In this document: piece after piece, positions 1 through 11,242 of the stretch
How positions within the stretch are numbered: the first letter of the stretch is position 1
How the letters are laid out: each line of letters starts with the position of its first letter
Origin: Vicinamibacteria bacterium
Lineage (GTDB): Bacteria; Acidobacteriota; Vicinamibacteria; Marinacidobacterales; Marinacidobacteraceae
Length of the DNA stretch: 64,000 nt
Reading direction: 5' to 3'
Assembly: GCA_965199715.1 (NCBI GenBank)
Contig: OZ241322.1
Location: forward strand, 608,001 to 672,000
The notes under the pieces: generated by a model
What the model was told of the DNA's origin: nothing
Database searches by the model: none
Seen by the model: the letters and a program-made list of their open reading frames with translations, nothing else
Program-made: the position numbers and the translations under genes

Positions 1-1
1 C

Positions 2-1156
2 GATCAGGAGGCCGGCGGGGACAGCATGTTCTTCCGAGTGCGTCTCTACGACGACGGATCGGAGCGGCTCCCCGGATTCCTCGGGGAGGCGGAGTCGCGG
101 CTCGCCCGGGTGGAGGGCGTCGTGGACGTCCGCGCCGGCGACGCCCAGCCGGCCCGGGAGGTCGTCGTGCGCCCGCGGCTGGAGGCCGCGGCGCGGCACG
201 GCATGACTCCGCGCGACCTCTCCGAGATCTTCAGCTTCAGCCTCGGCGGACGCCCGCTGCGGCGCTTCCAGACCGGGGACCACGAGGCCGAGGTCCTCCT
301 GACGGTCTCCCAGCGGGACGTCTCCCGGGTCGCCGACCTGCGCGAGTTCACTCTGATCGGGGACGGCGGGATTCCGATTCCGCTCGGCGACCTGGCCGAC
401 TTCGAGATCCGCGATCGAAGCCGCGCCATCCGCCGGGTGGACCGGAAGGCGGTGGCCACGGTGCGGGCCTCCTACGAGGGCGAGGACTGGGAGAGCGCGC
501 GCAACGAGATCGAGTCGGAGATGGACGCGATGGCGCTGCCGCCCGGCGCGAGCTGGTCGTTCGGGGACCGGATCAGGCGGCAGGACAATGACTTCCAGAA
601 CATGACGGTGAACTACCTGCTGGCGCTGCTGCTCATCTACATCGTGATGGCGGCCCAGTTCGAGTCGCTCGTCCATCCGCTCGCGATCCTCATCTCGATT
701 CCGTACGCGGTCTGGGGCGCGGCGTGGATGCTGCTGCTCACCGACAGCCCGTTCAACCTCATGGCCCAGATCGGCCTGCTCGTGCTCATGGGGGTCGTAG
801 TCAAGAACGGCGTCGTCCTGATCGACCACGTGAACAAGCTCCGCCGGGATGGCATGGATCGCACCGAGGCGCTTCTGGTCGGAGGACGCGACCGGCTGCG
901 CCCGATCCTGATGACCGCCGCCGCGACCATGCTGGCGCTGGTACCGATGGGGCTCGGGCGCGCCGGGCTCGACGGGATGTACTACTTCCCGCTCGCCCGG
1001 ACGGTCATCGGCGGGCTCGCCGCCTCCACGGTCCTCACCCTGCTCATCCTGCCGTTCTTCTACACGCTGCTCGACGACCTCTCGGAGCGGGCGCGCCGGC
1101 TCTGGCGCGAGAGCCGGCCAGCTCCGAAGGAGAATCCCGTAGAGTCGCCGGCATGA
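2..1156 (+). CDS. RND (AcrB/AcrD/AcrF) efflux permease, C-terminal part (5' truncated by window)
   Basis: Frame open from position 2. C-terminal RND motifs QFESLVHPLAIL, GVVVKNGVVLID, RLRPILMT, PLARTVIGGL. Confidence 0.93.
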   Translation, partial: DQEAGGDSMFFRVRLYDDGSERLPGFLGEAESRLARVEGVVDVRAGDAQPAREVVVRPRLEAAARHGMTPRDLSEIFSFSLGGRPLRRFQTGDHEAEVLLTVSQRDVSRVADLREFTLIGDGGIPIPLGDLADFEIRDRSRAIRRVDRKAVATVRASYEGEDWESARNEIESEMDAMALPPGASWSFGDRIRRQDNDFQNMTVNYLLALLLIYIVMAAQFESLVHPLAILISIPYAVWGAAWMLLLTDSPFNLMAQIGLLVLMGVVVKNGVVLIDHVNKLRRDGMDRTEALLVGGRDRLRPILMTAAATMLALVPMGLGRAGLDGMYYFPLARTVIGGLAASTVLTLLILPFFYTLLDDLSERARRLWRESRPAPKENPVESPA

Positions 1157-1818
1157 AGTCGCTGGTCCGCCACTACCGGGGCGAGAACGCCTCGGTGACG
1201 TTCGATTCGTTCCGCTGTACGCACGCCGAGGTGTGCGTCAAGGGACTGCCGGCGGTCTTCGATACGTCGCGCCGCCCGTGGGTGCTTCCCGACGCCGCCG
1301 ACCCGAAGCGGCTCGAGCGGGTGGTGCTCGGATGCCCGACGGGCGCGCTGCGGATGGCGCCGCCGGCGGCGGAGCGGATCCCGCCCGGCGAGGCGGCCGC
1401 CGCGACTGTCCTGCCCGAGGAGCCGCAGCCCCGGAATTCCGCCTCGGTCCAGCCCGACGGACCGCTCCACGTGCGCGGCCGGCTCGAGATCGGGGACGAG
1501 GCGGACACCCGCGCCGCGCTCTGCCGGTGCGGCCATTCGGAGAACAAGCCGCTGTGCGACGAATCGCACGCCCGGACCGCCTTCTCCGACCCCGCCCGCG
1601 TCGCGCCCCGGCCCGAAGGCCCGGCCGGCGAATCGGGAACCGTGCGGTTCCGGCCGGTCCCGAACGGGCCGGTGCTCTTCGAGGGACCGCTCGCGATCGC
1701 AGGGCGCGGCGGGGCGCGGCTCGCGATGACCGAGGGAGCGCTTTGCCGCTGCGGGCGCTCGGCGGAGAAGCCGTTTTGCGACGGCTCGCACCGCGCCGCC
1801 GGCTTCTCCGCTCCCTGA
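1153..1818 (+). CDS. CDGSH iron-sulfur protein with N-terminal divergent 4Fe-4S mono-cluster domain
   Basis: ATGA overlap with RND stop. CTHAEVC..LPAVFD..RPWV..CPTGAL, plus two CDGSH motifs (CRCGHSENKPLCDESH, CRCGRSAEKPFCDGSH). Confidence 0.9.
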   Translation: MKSLVRHYRGENASVTFDSFRCTHAEVCVKGLPAVFDTSRRPWVLPDAADPKRLERVVLGCPTGALRMAPPAAERIPPGEAAAATVLPEEPQPRNSASVQPDGPLHVRGRLEIGDEADTRAALCRCGHSENKPLCDESHARTAFSDPARVAPRPEGPAGESGTVRFRPVPNGPVLFEGPLAIAGRGGARLAMTEGALCRCGRSAEKPFCDGSHRAAGFSAP

Positions 1819-1819
1819 T

Positions 1820-4800
1820 CTAACCGCCCGGCCCCCGGATGCGCACCGGATCCGGCGGACGGGGCGGCAGCGGACGCGGGTCCTCCTCGACCGCGCGCAG
1901 GATCTCGGCGATCGCTCGCTCGAGCTGCGGGTCGCCGCCGTCGATCACCGACGCGGGATCGTTCTCGACCTCGATGTCCGGGTCCACGCCGTGGCCCTCG
2001 ATCACCCACTCGCCCTCCGCCGACGCGAATCCGAACTCGGGGACGTTCACCGAGCCGCCGTCGAGCAGCGCGCCGCGGTTCGTGATCCCGATGACCCCGC
2101 CCCAACTGCGTTTCCCGATGAGCGGCCCGAGGCCGGCCTCCCGGAACATGGCCGGGAAGATGTCGCCGTCGGAGGCGGAGTTCTCGTCGAGCAGGCAGAC
2201 GAGGTGCGGCGGCGGCACCACGTTCGGGTAGGTGCTGGCGGCCTCGCCGGTGCGCGAGTAGCCGGGCGAGAGAACCTCGCGCCGCAGCCGCTCGATGAGC
2301 ATCTGCGAGACGTGGCCGCCGCCGTTGCCGCGCACGTCCACGATGAGGCCTTCCCGGCGCGTCTGGCTGTAGTACCACTTGATGAACTCGCGGATGCCGT
2401 TCGCGCCCATGTCGGGGACGTGGAGGTATCCGATCCGTCCGCCGGCGGCCTCCTCCACGCGCCGGCGGTTCGCCTCGATGCGGTTCAGGTAGAGCAGCGG
2501 ATCCTCGTCGCCGACCGGCTGGAAGACCGCCTTCCGCGCCCCCTCGAACGTCGGCTCGGAGCGCACCGTGAACTCCACCGGCCGCCCCGCCTTGTGGAGC
2601 AGGCTCCGATAGGGGCTTTCGTCGCCCCGCAGCTCCACGCCGTCGATGGCGAGCACGAAGTCGCCCTCCTCGACCCGGACGCCGACCTCGCGCAGCGGCG
2701 AGCGGTAGCGGGGCTCCTCGTTGTGTCCCATGAAGATGCGTTCGATGCGGTAACGGCCGGCGTCCTCGTCCCAACGGAAGCGGGCGCCGGGCAGCCCGGC
2801 GCCGGGCCGGTCCGGAATCTCGAAGTCGCCGCCGGCGACGTAGGCGTGCGAGACGTTCACCCCGATCATCTCGCTGATGAGGTAGTCGAGGTCGGAGCGG
2901 TGCTCCACGTGCGGCAGCAGCGCCCGGTAGCGGGCGCGCATGTCGTCCCAGTCGTAGCCGTGGAGGTTCTCCACGTAGAAGAAATCACGGAAACGCCGCC
3001 ACACCTCGTCGAAGATCTGCGCCCACTCGGCCCGGGGGTCGCGGTCGGCCTCGAGGCCCGCGGTCGAAACGGTCTTCTTCGACGAGGCGGGCGCGGTCCC
3101 GACGTCGAAGACCTCGAGCGACGCGCCGCGGCGGACGGCCGCGCGCATTCCGTCATGGCTCAGCGCAACCCCCGAAATCCCGGACGCGAGCACGCCCTCC
3201 TTCCGCGCCTTGAGGTCGAAGACGCGCAGTTCGGGCGGGTTCTCGGGGCTCCGGCCGTAGTAGACGGCCGAGGCGCGTCCGTAGAGCAGGAACCCTTCGA
3301 CCGCGGCGAGCCCCTGGTAGTTGTGGGCGTCCACCGGGACGCGCATCACCCGGTCCTGGAGCCCGTCGAAGTCGATCCCGATTGGCCCTTCGGCCTCGTC
3401 TTTCTCGTCGGCCTGCGCCTCCTCGCTCGTCTCCTCGTCGCTCTCGGGCGGGAACAGGTGCGGCGTGTCAGCGCGGAGCGCGACCGCGAAGATTCCGGTC
3501 TCCCGGGCCAACGCGTAGTTCCACTCGAAGGACGCGATCTGCGGTTGGAACGTCCGGTCGCTCAGGTAGAAGAGGTAGTCGCCCCCTACGCCCCACGCCG
3601 GCGAGAACTCGTTGAACGCCGGGCCGGTGATCCGCCGCGACTGCGCGCCGCCGGCGGACCAGATTCAAATGGACGAGAAGCCGCCCTCGTCATTCAGCGA
3701 GAAGGCCAGGTGGCCGCCCCGGGGCGACCAGCCGTAGTCGTTCGCCTGCCCGTACCGCTCGTTCGCGACCTCCACGACCGAACGGTCGGCGACGGTAACG
3801 ACGAACAGCCCGCCGTCCTTGTCGCTGAACGCGATGCGGCCGCCGTCCGGCGACCACACCGGGTTGTAGCGCCTCGCCCGCCCGCGTTCGGTGAGCTGGA
3901 CCGGCGGGTCGGAGCCGGCCTGTTCGACCGTCCAGATCTCCTCCTCGCCCGTGGCGTCAGAGATGAAGGCGATGGTCTTGCCGTCGGGAGACCACGCGGG
4001 CCACTTCTCGTGCGCCCCCGCAGTGCCGAGCAGCGTGCGGGTCGCCCCCTTCTCCACCGGCACCGAGAACAGCTCGCCCCGCGCCGCGACCGCGAGCCGC
4101 TTGCCGGTGGGGGACAGGTCGAAGCGCTCGATGTTCGAGGCGGCGGAGACCCTCCCGGGCCGGCTGTGGAGCCCGTCGGTGGGAACCGTGATCGGGATCG
4201 GCCGCTGCGCGCCCCCGGCGGCGGACTCCAGCAGATGGAGCGCGCCGGCCGCTCGAAGACGATCCGGCCCTCGGCGTCGCTCGCCGGCCAGCGGACGTCC
4301 CAGACCTCGAAGTCGGTCCACGCGCGGGTCTCGCCGGTCTCGACGTCCCACGAGTAGAGGTTGTTCGTGCCGCTGCGGTCCGAGGTGAAGAAGATGCGCG
4401 AGCCGATCCACATGGGATCCCGGTCCGACCGTGGGTCGTCGGTCACCTGGGTGAGCTCGTGGCTTTCGAGATCGAAGACGTGGAGATCCTGCGCCCAGCC
4501 GCCCTAGTACCGCTTCCAGGCCCGGAAGTCGCGGAAGAGCGGCGAGTAGGCGAGGCGCGTCCCGTCCGGCGACCACGCCCCCGAGCCCGCCTGCGGCATC
4601 GGCAGCGCGGTGGGAAGGCCCCCTTTCCGCGCCACCTCGAAGAGCCGGCCCTCCGCCGGGCCGACCCCGTCCCGGAGCGAACGGAACCGGACGCGGGCGC
4701 CGTCCGGCGACCAGTCGTACACGATGTTGTCGTAGCCCCAGCGCGTGGGAAACGGCCCCGCAGCCGGGTAGAACGTGAGCTGCTTCGGTACGTCGCCGCC

Positions 4801-5070
4801 CGCCGGCATCACTTAGACCTGCTCGTCGCCGTCGTGCTGGCCGGTGAAGGCGATCTCGGAGCCGTCGGGGGAGAAGCGGGCGAAGAGTTCGAGCCCCGGG
4901 TGCGAGGTCAGCCGGGTCGCGGCGCCGCCGGACGTGGAGGCGGTCCACAGGTCGCCGGCGTAGGTGAACACGATCCGATCCCCGTGCACGTCGGGAAAGC
5001 GGAGCAGCCGGGTTTCGGCGGCGGCGGACTTGGCGAGGAGGGCGGACAGGAGGAAGGAGAGGATGCGCAT
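1820..5070 (-). pseudogene. Tricorn-type S41 protease, disrupted
   Basis: Signal peptide + LLRFPD, WSPDG propeller repeats, PDZ, S41 motifs (DVRGNGGG, SASDGDIF, GKRSWGG). In-frame TAA 4813-4815, TAG 4504-4506, TGA 3665-3667 and a frameshift near 4250. Confidence 0.9.
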
Positions 5071-5109
5071 GACTGGAACCGTGGGCGGGAAGAACCGAAA
5101 ATCGGAATC

Positions 5110-6102
5110 GTGCCGCAGATACGTCCCGAGGCGACGGCGGGTTCCCGCCCGCTGCGGATCGGCTTCCGGATCCCCTTCCAGCCGGGGGCCCAATCGGGGG
5201 GCAATCTCTACGATCGGCGCCTCGCGGCGGCGCTGACCGAACTCGGCCACGACGCGCTCCTGCTCGAGACGGACGAGACCCCGGACGTGGAGGTCCTGAT
5301 CGTGGACGAGCTGCTGCGGACGGCTCCCCCGTCGCCGCCGCCCCGGATCGCGATGGTCCACCACCTGAGCTGCGACGAGCCGGAGCGCGAGCCCGACGAG
5401 CGCCGGCGGCTGGAGCGAATCGAGCGGCGCTTCCTCCGGGGCGCCCGCGGAATCCTCGCGCCGAGCCGATGGACCCGGGATCGGGCGCTCGCGCTGCGGG
5501 GCCGTCCCGCGCCCGCCGCCGTGATCCCGCCGGGACGGGACGCGCTCGGCGGCGGGCCGCTCCCGGCGCGGCTTCCGGACGAGGACGCGATCGAGCGACG
5601 GGCGCGCGAGCCGGGGCCGCTGCGCGTCCTGTTCCTCGGGCAGCTCTCGCGCCGGAAGCGGATCGTGGAACTGATCGAGGCCGTCCGCGCCGTTCGCGGC
5701 TGCGAGCTCACGATTCGGGGGGATCCCGATCCCGAGACCGACGTCGCCGGACGCCGGGCGGAGCCGGGGGAACTGCCGGACCTGTTGCGGTCCGCGCAAC
5801 TGCTCGCCGTTCCCTCCAGCCACGAGGGGTTCGGGCTGATCTACCTCGAGGGATTCGCGTTCGGCCTGCCGGCGATCGCCGCCCGGTCCGGCGGAGCGGG
5901 CGACGTGGTGGCCCACGGCGAGAACGGCTGGCTCGTCGGGTCGGACACGGACCTCGCAGCACTGCTGCGGCGGGTCGCCGGCGAACGCCATCTCCTCGCC
6001 CGGATGGGGAAGGCGGCGTTGCGGACGCACCGGGGCTGGCCGGTCTGGGCCGAGTCGGCGCGGCGGGCGGAACGCCTGATCCGCGACGTTCTCAACCGAT
6101 GA
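5110..6102 (+). CDS. Glycosyltransferase family 4 (GT-B)
   Basis: [11 protein letters not shown]-terminal motif and [14 protein letters not shown] (EX7E). Start (GTG 5110) uncertain. Confidence 0.85.
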   Translation: MPQIRPEATAGSRPLRIGFRIPFQPGAQSGGNLYDRRLAAALTELGHDALLLETDETPDVEVLIVDELLRTAPPSPPPRIAMVHHLSCDEPEREPDERRRLERIERRFLRGARGILAPSRWTRDRALALRGRPAPAAVIPPGRDALGGGPLPARLPDEDAIERRAREPGPLRVLFLGQLSRRKRIVELIEAVRAVRGCELTIRGDPDPETDVAGRRAEPGELPDLLRSAQLLAVPSSHEGFGLIYLEGFAFGLPAIAARSGGAGDVVAHGENGWLVGSDTDLAALLRRVAGERHLLARMGKAALRTHRGWPVWAESARRAERLIRDVLNR

Positions 6103-6841
6103 GAAGCCAGCCGAGGAGAAACGCCCCGAGCGCCGCCGGGCCGTCGAACGCCGACAGAACGAGGGCGGCCAGCAGCGCGGCCGCGGCGGCCGGGCGCCGG
6201 AACCGGGCGAGCCGCGCCCCCGCGCCGGGAGCGAGCCGCCCGGAGACCACGAGGTAATCACGAGCGAAGCTCAGGAGAAAGGGAACGCCGAGCGCCAACG
6301 CCGCCGGCAGCGACCACCGGGGCGTGATCCCCGGTACGAGGCATACGGCGAGAAGGCCCATCTGGAACCCGGCGAGGCGCCGGCGGAACGGGTTCGGGTC
6401 GAGTGGGCGCCTGGCTCCCTCGAGCCAGAGGCCGAGCGCGTACAGGTAGCGGGCGAAGCCGAGGAGGAGGCCCCACGCCGGGAGCGCGCCGAGCATCGCG
6501 GCGGCTGTCGCGGCGGCCGCGTGGCCGAGCGCGTCGGTCTCCATGTCGAAGAGCGCCCCGAACTCGGACTGGAGCCCGGAGCGGCGGGCGAGGAACCCGT
6601 CGAGCGCGTCGGCCAGCGTCGCCGCCCCGTAGGCGCCCGCCGGAAGCCACCGGGCCTCGGACGCGCCGGCGGCGCACCAGCCGCCGAGCCCCGCGAAGAC
6701 GAGGAGCCGGGCGAGGGTGACCTGGTTGGCCGGGCCGAAGGGCAGCGGCGCCCCGTCGGCCGCGCGGTGAAGGCGCCGTTCGGGAAGGACGCGCCAAAGC
6801 ACCGCTCCGGCGAGGGCGGCGGCGACGGGAATCCCGATCAG
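6092..6841 (-). CDS. CDP-alcohol phosphatidyltransferase family protein
   Basis: ANQVTLAR and [24 protein letters not shown] signature. Start uncertain (CTG 6841 overlapping upstream TGA, or GTG 6802). Confidence 0.88.
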   Translation of the reverse strand: MIGIPVAAALAGAVLWRVLPERRLHRAADGAPLPFGPANQVTLARLLVFAGLGGWCAAGASEARWLPAGAYGAATLADALDGFLARRSGLQSEFGALFDMETDALGHAAAATAAAMLGALPAWGLLLGFARYLYALGLWLEGARRPLDPNPFRRRLAGFQMGLLAVCLVPGITPRWSLPAALALGVPFLLSFARDYLVVSGRLAPGAGARLARFRRPAAAAALLAALVLSAFDGPAALGAFLLGWLLIG

Positions 6842-9747
6842 AATCGGTAGCCGAGTCCCAGCTTGAACCTGCGTCCCTTGGGGTTGTGGGTGAGTGAGTC
6901 GTACGCCAGCTCGTAGTTCACGAGCGGCGGGACGCTGCCCGCGAAATTCAGCGCCGACGCGGTCAGGTGGAACGCCGTGCCGGGCCACTGATACCGCGCC
7001 GTCAGGTCGAACGTGAGCCACGAGTCGATGTCGGCGTACTCGGGGCTCGTCGAGCGATCCTCGTAGCCGGAGACGAAGCGGGCGGCTCCAGTCAGGGTGA
7101 ACTCCGACTGCAGCCACGAGACGAGCGCGTGGGTCCGCAGTTTCGGCAGCGGCGGCGCGAGCGGGTTGTTGCGGTTCAGAAAACCGGCGGCCTGCTCGCC
7201 CTCGTGGACGACGACTCCCTCGACCTCGAGCGAGTCCACCGTGTAGTCGAGGGTGAGGCTGCCGTCGAGCGAAACCACGAGCGCGCCCGCGCCCATGACC
7301 CGCCGGGCGCCGAGGCGCCAGTCGAATCCCGACGTCCGGAGCCCCGGCCAGTTGATCCGGCGGATGCGGATCCGCTCGATGTCCACCGGATCGCAACTTC
7401 CGTCGGTGCGTCCGCCCGGGCAACTGACGAACTGCTGGACCCGCGCGCGAGTCGCGGGATCGGCGTAGGCTGACGCGATCCCCGAGTGCGGGATCGTCCC
7501 GATCGGGTTCCGCAGGTCGAAGCTCCAAAGATCGAACGCCGCCTCGAACGCCGCGTCGCCGCCGAGCACGAGGCCGAAGTTCCAAGTGAACGCCTCCTCG
7601 GGGACGAGGCCGCTGTCGCCGGAGTCGTCGATCGCCTTCCACGTCCCGCTCGCCGCGACCCAATCCTGGAACGTGGAGAGATCCTCGTTCACGTCGTCCA
7701 GCGAGGGCGTGCGGAACGTGGTCTGCACCGTCCCGCGCAGCGAGACGAGGTCGCCGAGCTTCCAGATCGCCGCCAGCTTGGGGTCGAAGCTATCGGCGAA
7801 GTCGTACCGCTCGTAGTGCGCGGCGACCTGCACGTCGAGCGACTCGCCGAGCTTGAGCGCGAGCTCGGAGAACGCCGCGTAGGTTCGCTGGTCGGCGCGG
7901 TAGGGGTTTTGCGCCGACGTGAACGTGAACGGCCCGGTCTGGACCGGGCAGCCCCGATCGCCGGGGGCCGCGCACGGATGAAGCTGCAGGTTCCCGGCGT
8001 CGTTCGGCTCGGCGCTCGCCGAGACCCGGCGGAACTGGGTTCCGACGGCGACGGTCGCCCGGTCGCTCAATGCCCGGCTCACGGTGGCGTCGGCGGTGAA
8101 GACGTCCGAAACCCCGTGGATCTCCACCCGGTCATGGATCCACTCGAGGAGTTCGGGAGCGTTGCCGAGCCCCGCGGCGTACTGCGGATTCGGGGATTCC
8201 TCGAACGCGGCGCCCGGCTGCGCGGAGTACTGGATTGAGTTGCCGAAGGGGTTGAACCAGTGGCAACTCCCCCGCCCGGCGCCGACTCCGTCGGGGATCG
8301 GTCCGAGGGCCATCCGCGAAGGCGCGTTCGGGTCCGGGACCACGCTCACGCCGCAGTCGGGCCCTCCGAACCCCCGGAACGCGAGGAACTTGCGCCAGCC
8401 GTACTCAGCGGGAATGGGGACGGACGAGGTCGCGCGGGCGTACACCGCGCCGAGCTCCCAGCCGACGCCGCTCACGCCGAGCTCGCCGCCGAGCGAGGCG
8501 GCCAGCCGGCCGGTCGCGTTGCCCCGGTCGAGCTTCCGGCCCGGCCCGGCGTTGCCGACGAGCCGTCCGAAGAAGTACCAGGGATCGGCGTCGCCCGCGA
8601 GGTCCAGCAAGCCGCCGGCGGAATCCCGGATTTGGGGTTGGGCCGCGACGAACGCCTGGCGTCCGGGGTGGTTCGCGGGTACGATCTGGAGCTCGTCCAA
8701 AAGAGAAATGGGCGGGAAGGACGGCGTGGTCACCCAGTCGTTGGAGCGGGCGTCGGCGTACAGCCCCTCGACCTGGAACCACCCGCGCTCCCCGAGATGG
8801 CCATGAACCTCGGCCATGCCGCGCAGGTGGCGAGCGGGGGCGATCAGGTCGTCCCAGGGCTGGTAGCGGAACCGGCAGGTGCGCGAGCCGGGATCGGGAT
8901 GGCCGCCGAGCGCCTCGCACTGAGGATCGAGGAATCGGGGCGCTTCGGCGAGGCCGGCCGCGTCGAGTCCGCCTCGGGCGGGAACGATGAACGCGCCCGG
9001 ATTGCCGGTGCCCGACCAGCCCCAGCCCCAGTTCGGATAGTCGCGCAGGACCCAGTCGCGCTCGGCGGCCTCGAGGCGGCCCCGTCGCTCGTACTCGAAC
9101 GATGCGGTCAGGTTGGTCTCCCCGAAACGCCGGCCCCAGATCCCGCCGAAGGAGGAGTCGCCCGAGCCGGAGAACGCCTCGTGCGAGGCGTGGATCTCGA
9201 GACCCTCGAAGTCGCTGCGGGTCACGAAGTTCACGACCCCAGCGATCGCGTCCGATCCGTAGATCGCCCCGGCCCCCTCCTTCAGCACGTCGAGGCGCTC
9301 GATCGCGATGGACGGGATCGAGTTCACGTCCACGAAACGGCCGCCGGCGAGCTTCACCGGCACGCCGGCGCTGCGCCGCCCGTTGATGAGCACGAGGGTG
9401 CGCGAGGCGCCGAGCCCGCGCAGGTTCACGTTGGCGATCGTCTCCGGGAGGGCCGCGCCGCCGCCTGCGAACCAACTGTTCACCTCGCCCAGCACGCCGC
9501 TGCTCACGGTCAGGTTCTTGAAGAGATCCGAGAGATGCGGCGTTCCCTGCTGCTCGAGGATCGTGCGGCTCACGACATGGACCGAGCCCGGCGAGTCGAT
9601 CGGGGTCTCCCGGATGGCGGTGCCGGTGACCTGGACTTCCTCGGTATGGCGGATCGCGGTGGGGCCGGGCTCCTCGGGCTCTTCCTCCTCCTGCTCCTGC
9701 GCGAACGCCGGTCCGGCGAGGAGCAGCAGGACGAGGAACCGGCGCAC
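6838..9747 (-). CDS. TonB-dependent receptor
   Basis: Signal peptide, EEVQVTG TonB box, plug motifs NLRGLGASRTLVLINGRR and GAIYGSDAIAGVVN, C-terminal [12 protein letters not shown]. Confidence 0.95.
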   Translation of the reverse strand: MRRFLVLLLLAGPAFAQEQEEEEPEEPGPTAIRHTEEVQVTGTAIRETPIDSPGSVHVVSRTILEQQGTPHLSDLFKNLTVSSGVLGEVNSWFAGGGAALPETIANVNLRGLGASRTLVLINGRRSAGVPVKLAGGRFVDVNSIPSIAIERLDVLKEGAGAIYGSDAIAGVVNFVTRSDFEGLEIHASHEAFSGSGDSSFGGIWGRRFGETNLTASFEYERRGRLEAAERDWVLRDYPNWGWGWSGTGNPGAFIVPARGGLDAAGLAEAPRFLDPQCEALGGHPDPGSRTCRFRYQPWDDLIAPARHLRGMAEVHGHLGERGWFQVEGLYADARSNDWVTTPSFPPISLLDELQIVPANHPGRQAFVAAQPQIRDSAGGLLDLAGDADPWYFFGRLVGNAGPGRKLDRGNATGRLAASLGGELGVSGVGWELGAVYARATSSVPIPAEYGWRKFLAFRGFGGPDCGVSVVPDPNAPSRMALGPIPDGVGAGRGSCHWFNPFGNSIQYSAQPGAAFEESPNPQYAAGLGNAPELLEWIHDRVEIHGVSDVFTADATVSRALSDRATVAVGTQFRRVSASAEPNDAGNLQLHPCAAPGDRGCPVQTGPFTFTSAQNPYRADQRTYAAFSELALKLGESLDVQVAAHYERYDFADSFDPKLAAIWKLGDLVSLRGTVQTTFRTPSLDDVNEDLSTFQDWVAASGTWKAIDDSGDSGLVPEEAFTWNFGLVLGGDAAFEAAFDLWSFDLRNPIGTIPHSGIASAYADPATRARVQQFVSCPGGRTDGSCDPVDIERIRIRRINWPGLRTSGFDWRLGARRVMGAGALVVSLDGSLTLDYTVDSLEVEGVVVHEGEQAAGFLNRNNPLAPPLPKLRTHALVSWLQSEFTLTGAARFVSGYEDRSTSPEYADIDSWLTFDLTARYQWPGTAFHLTASALNFAGSVPPLVNYELAYDSLTHNPKGRRFKLGLGYRF

Positions 9748-9757
9748 GGCCGGGAGC

Positions 9758-11242
9758 TTACCTCGGAGGAAACAGGCGGGAGAGGTCGCGCGGCAGGTCG
9801 CTCATCCGCCATGCCGACCCGGCGAGCGGCACGAGCGTGCGCTCGAAACCGAGCGCCCGGAACGGCTCGAGAAGCGCCCCGTCCTGCGAGAAGACGTGGA
9901 TGGGAACCGCCCAGGCGTCGCTGTCGTGGAGCGACAGCTTCGGCGGCTGATGGTCGCCGACGACGACCACGAGCGCCCGGCGGGACGCGAGGTCGCGGAG
10001 AAACCCGCCGAGGATGCGCATCTCGTACGAGAGGCTCGCGGCGTAGCGATCCGAAAGCTCCTCGAGGTCGCGCCAGTCGTCGTGGGCCACCGACCGGATC
10101 GGGCCGGCGAAAGCGGTCCCCTCGTCGAACCGGCTCCACGGCGTCACGTAGGGCGGGACCGGCCAGTAGGGGATGTGGCTCATGATGAGCGAGACCTTGG
10201 CGAACACCGGGCGGGCCGCCCGCGCCAGTTCCTGCTGGTGGAGCGCGTAGAGCGTGAACTGGTCGGGGACGCCCCACCAGCCGATGCGCGGACCGTCCCA
10301 GCCGATTCCGGCGCGGTCGCGGGTTTCCTCGAATCCGTACCACGCGCCGTCCGGCCAGAACCCGGAGATGCCGGGCTCGTAGGCGACCGTCCGGTAGCCG
10401 GCCGCGCCGAATCGGCGGACAAGGCTTTCCCGGTCCGAGCGCACGAGCGACCGGTAGCGGGCCTCGGAGTCGATCCAGACCCCCGAAAGGAGCGAGGCGT
10501 GCGCCCGCCACGATCCCCCGCCGAAGGTCGGGCTCTGGATCTGCGCCGAAAGGAATCCGAACCCCCCGGCGGCGGCGTCCTCGGCGAGCCGCGCGAACGC
10601 CGGTCCCAACCCGGGCTCGTCGAGGGCGGCGACCCCGTAGGACTCGACGAAGACGATCACGACGTCGGCGCCGCCCAGATCCGGGGCGGGCGGCAGCGCC
10701 GGCTCGGTCAGCGGCGGCGGGCGGTCCAGAAGCGGCGCGAGCGCGATCCGGGTCGCGGCGGCCGCTCCCGATCCGACCGGAGACAGCAGCGCGAGCGCCG
10801 CGACCGCGCCGGCGATCGCGCGCGTCCGGGCCGAGGCGCTCGCGGCGGCCTCGGCCAGCGCCCGGACCGCCCGCTCGCCGAGGAACGCGAGCGCGCCGCC
10901 GAGGACGATCCCGCCGAGCGCCCAGATCGGCAGGGTCACGCCCAGCATGGAGGCGACCGCGCCTACGTGCGGCAGGTCGCCGACCGGATCCAGCGGACGC
11001 CCGAGGAACCCGAGCGCGATTCCCTCGGCGAGCCGGGCCGAAGCGAGGATCAGCAGGAGACCCGAAGCGCCCAGCCGGACGCCTCGGCTTGCGAATCGGC
11101 CCGGCGCGACGATGAGCACGAGCGCGAGGCCGGCCAGATCGGGGCTCGGCGCCAACGACGGCGCGATCCATGGCGGATCGAAGCGCACGCCCATTCCGAG
11201 CGCGAGGTGCAGCCCGGCGAGCGCGGTCGCGGCGTTCCTCAA
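9758..11242 (-). CDS. Membrane-anchored sulfatase/LTA-synthase-like (alkaline phosphatase superfamily) protein
   Basis: N-terminal TM helices; VESYG, SPTFGGGSW.AH, SH.P, GDHQP motifs. TTGA overlap with upstream stop. Confidence 0.75.
   Translation of the reverse strand: MRNAATALAGLHLALGMGVRFDPPWIAPSLAPSPDLAGLALVLIVAPGRFASRGVRLGASGLLLILASARLAEGIALGFLGRPLDPVGDLPHVGAVASMLGVTLPIWALGGIVLGGALAFLGERAVRALAEAAASASARTRAIAGAVAALALLSPVGSGAAAATRIALAPLLDRPPPLTEPALPPAPDLGGADVVIVFVESYGVAALDEPGLGPAFARLAEDAAAGGFGFLSAQIQSPTFGGGSWRAHASLLSGVWIDSEARYRSLVRSDRESLVRRFGAAGYRTVAYEPGISGFWPDGAWYGFEETRDRAGIGWDGPRIGWWGVPDQFTLYALHQQELARAARPVFAKVSLIMSHIPYWPVPPYVTPWSRFDEGTAFAGPIRSVAHDDWRDLEELSDRYAASLSYEMRILGGFLRDLASRRALVVVVGDHQPPKLSLHDSDAWAVPIHVFSQDGALLEPFRALGFERTLVPLAGSAWRMSDLPRDLSRLFPPR

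Noticed and set aside
3665-3667. TGA as selenocysteine in tricorn
   Set aside because: Context SSI-x-IWS fits Trp (TGG>TGA); there is no redox motif and the gene has other lesions.
1820-5070. Stop-codon reassignment or readthrough in the tricorn gene
   Set aside because: Three different stop types plus a frameshift occur in one gene, and all three codons terminate normal genes elsewhere in the window.
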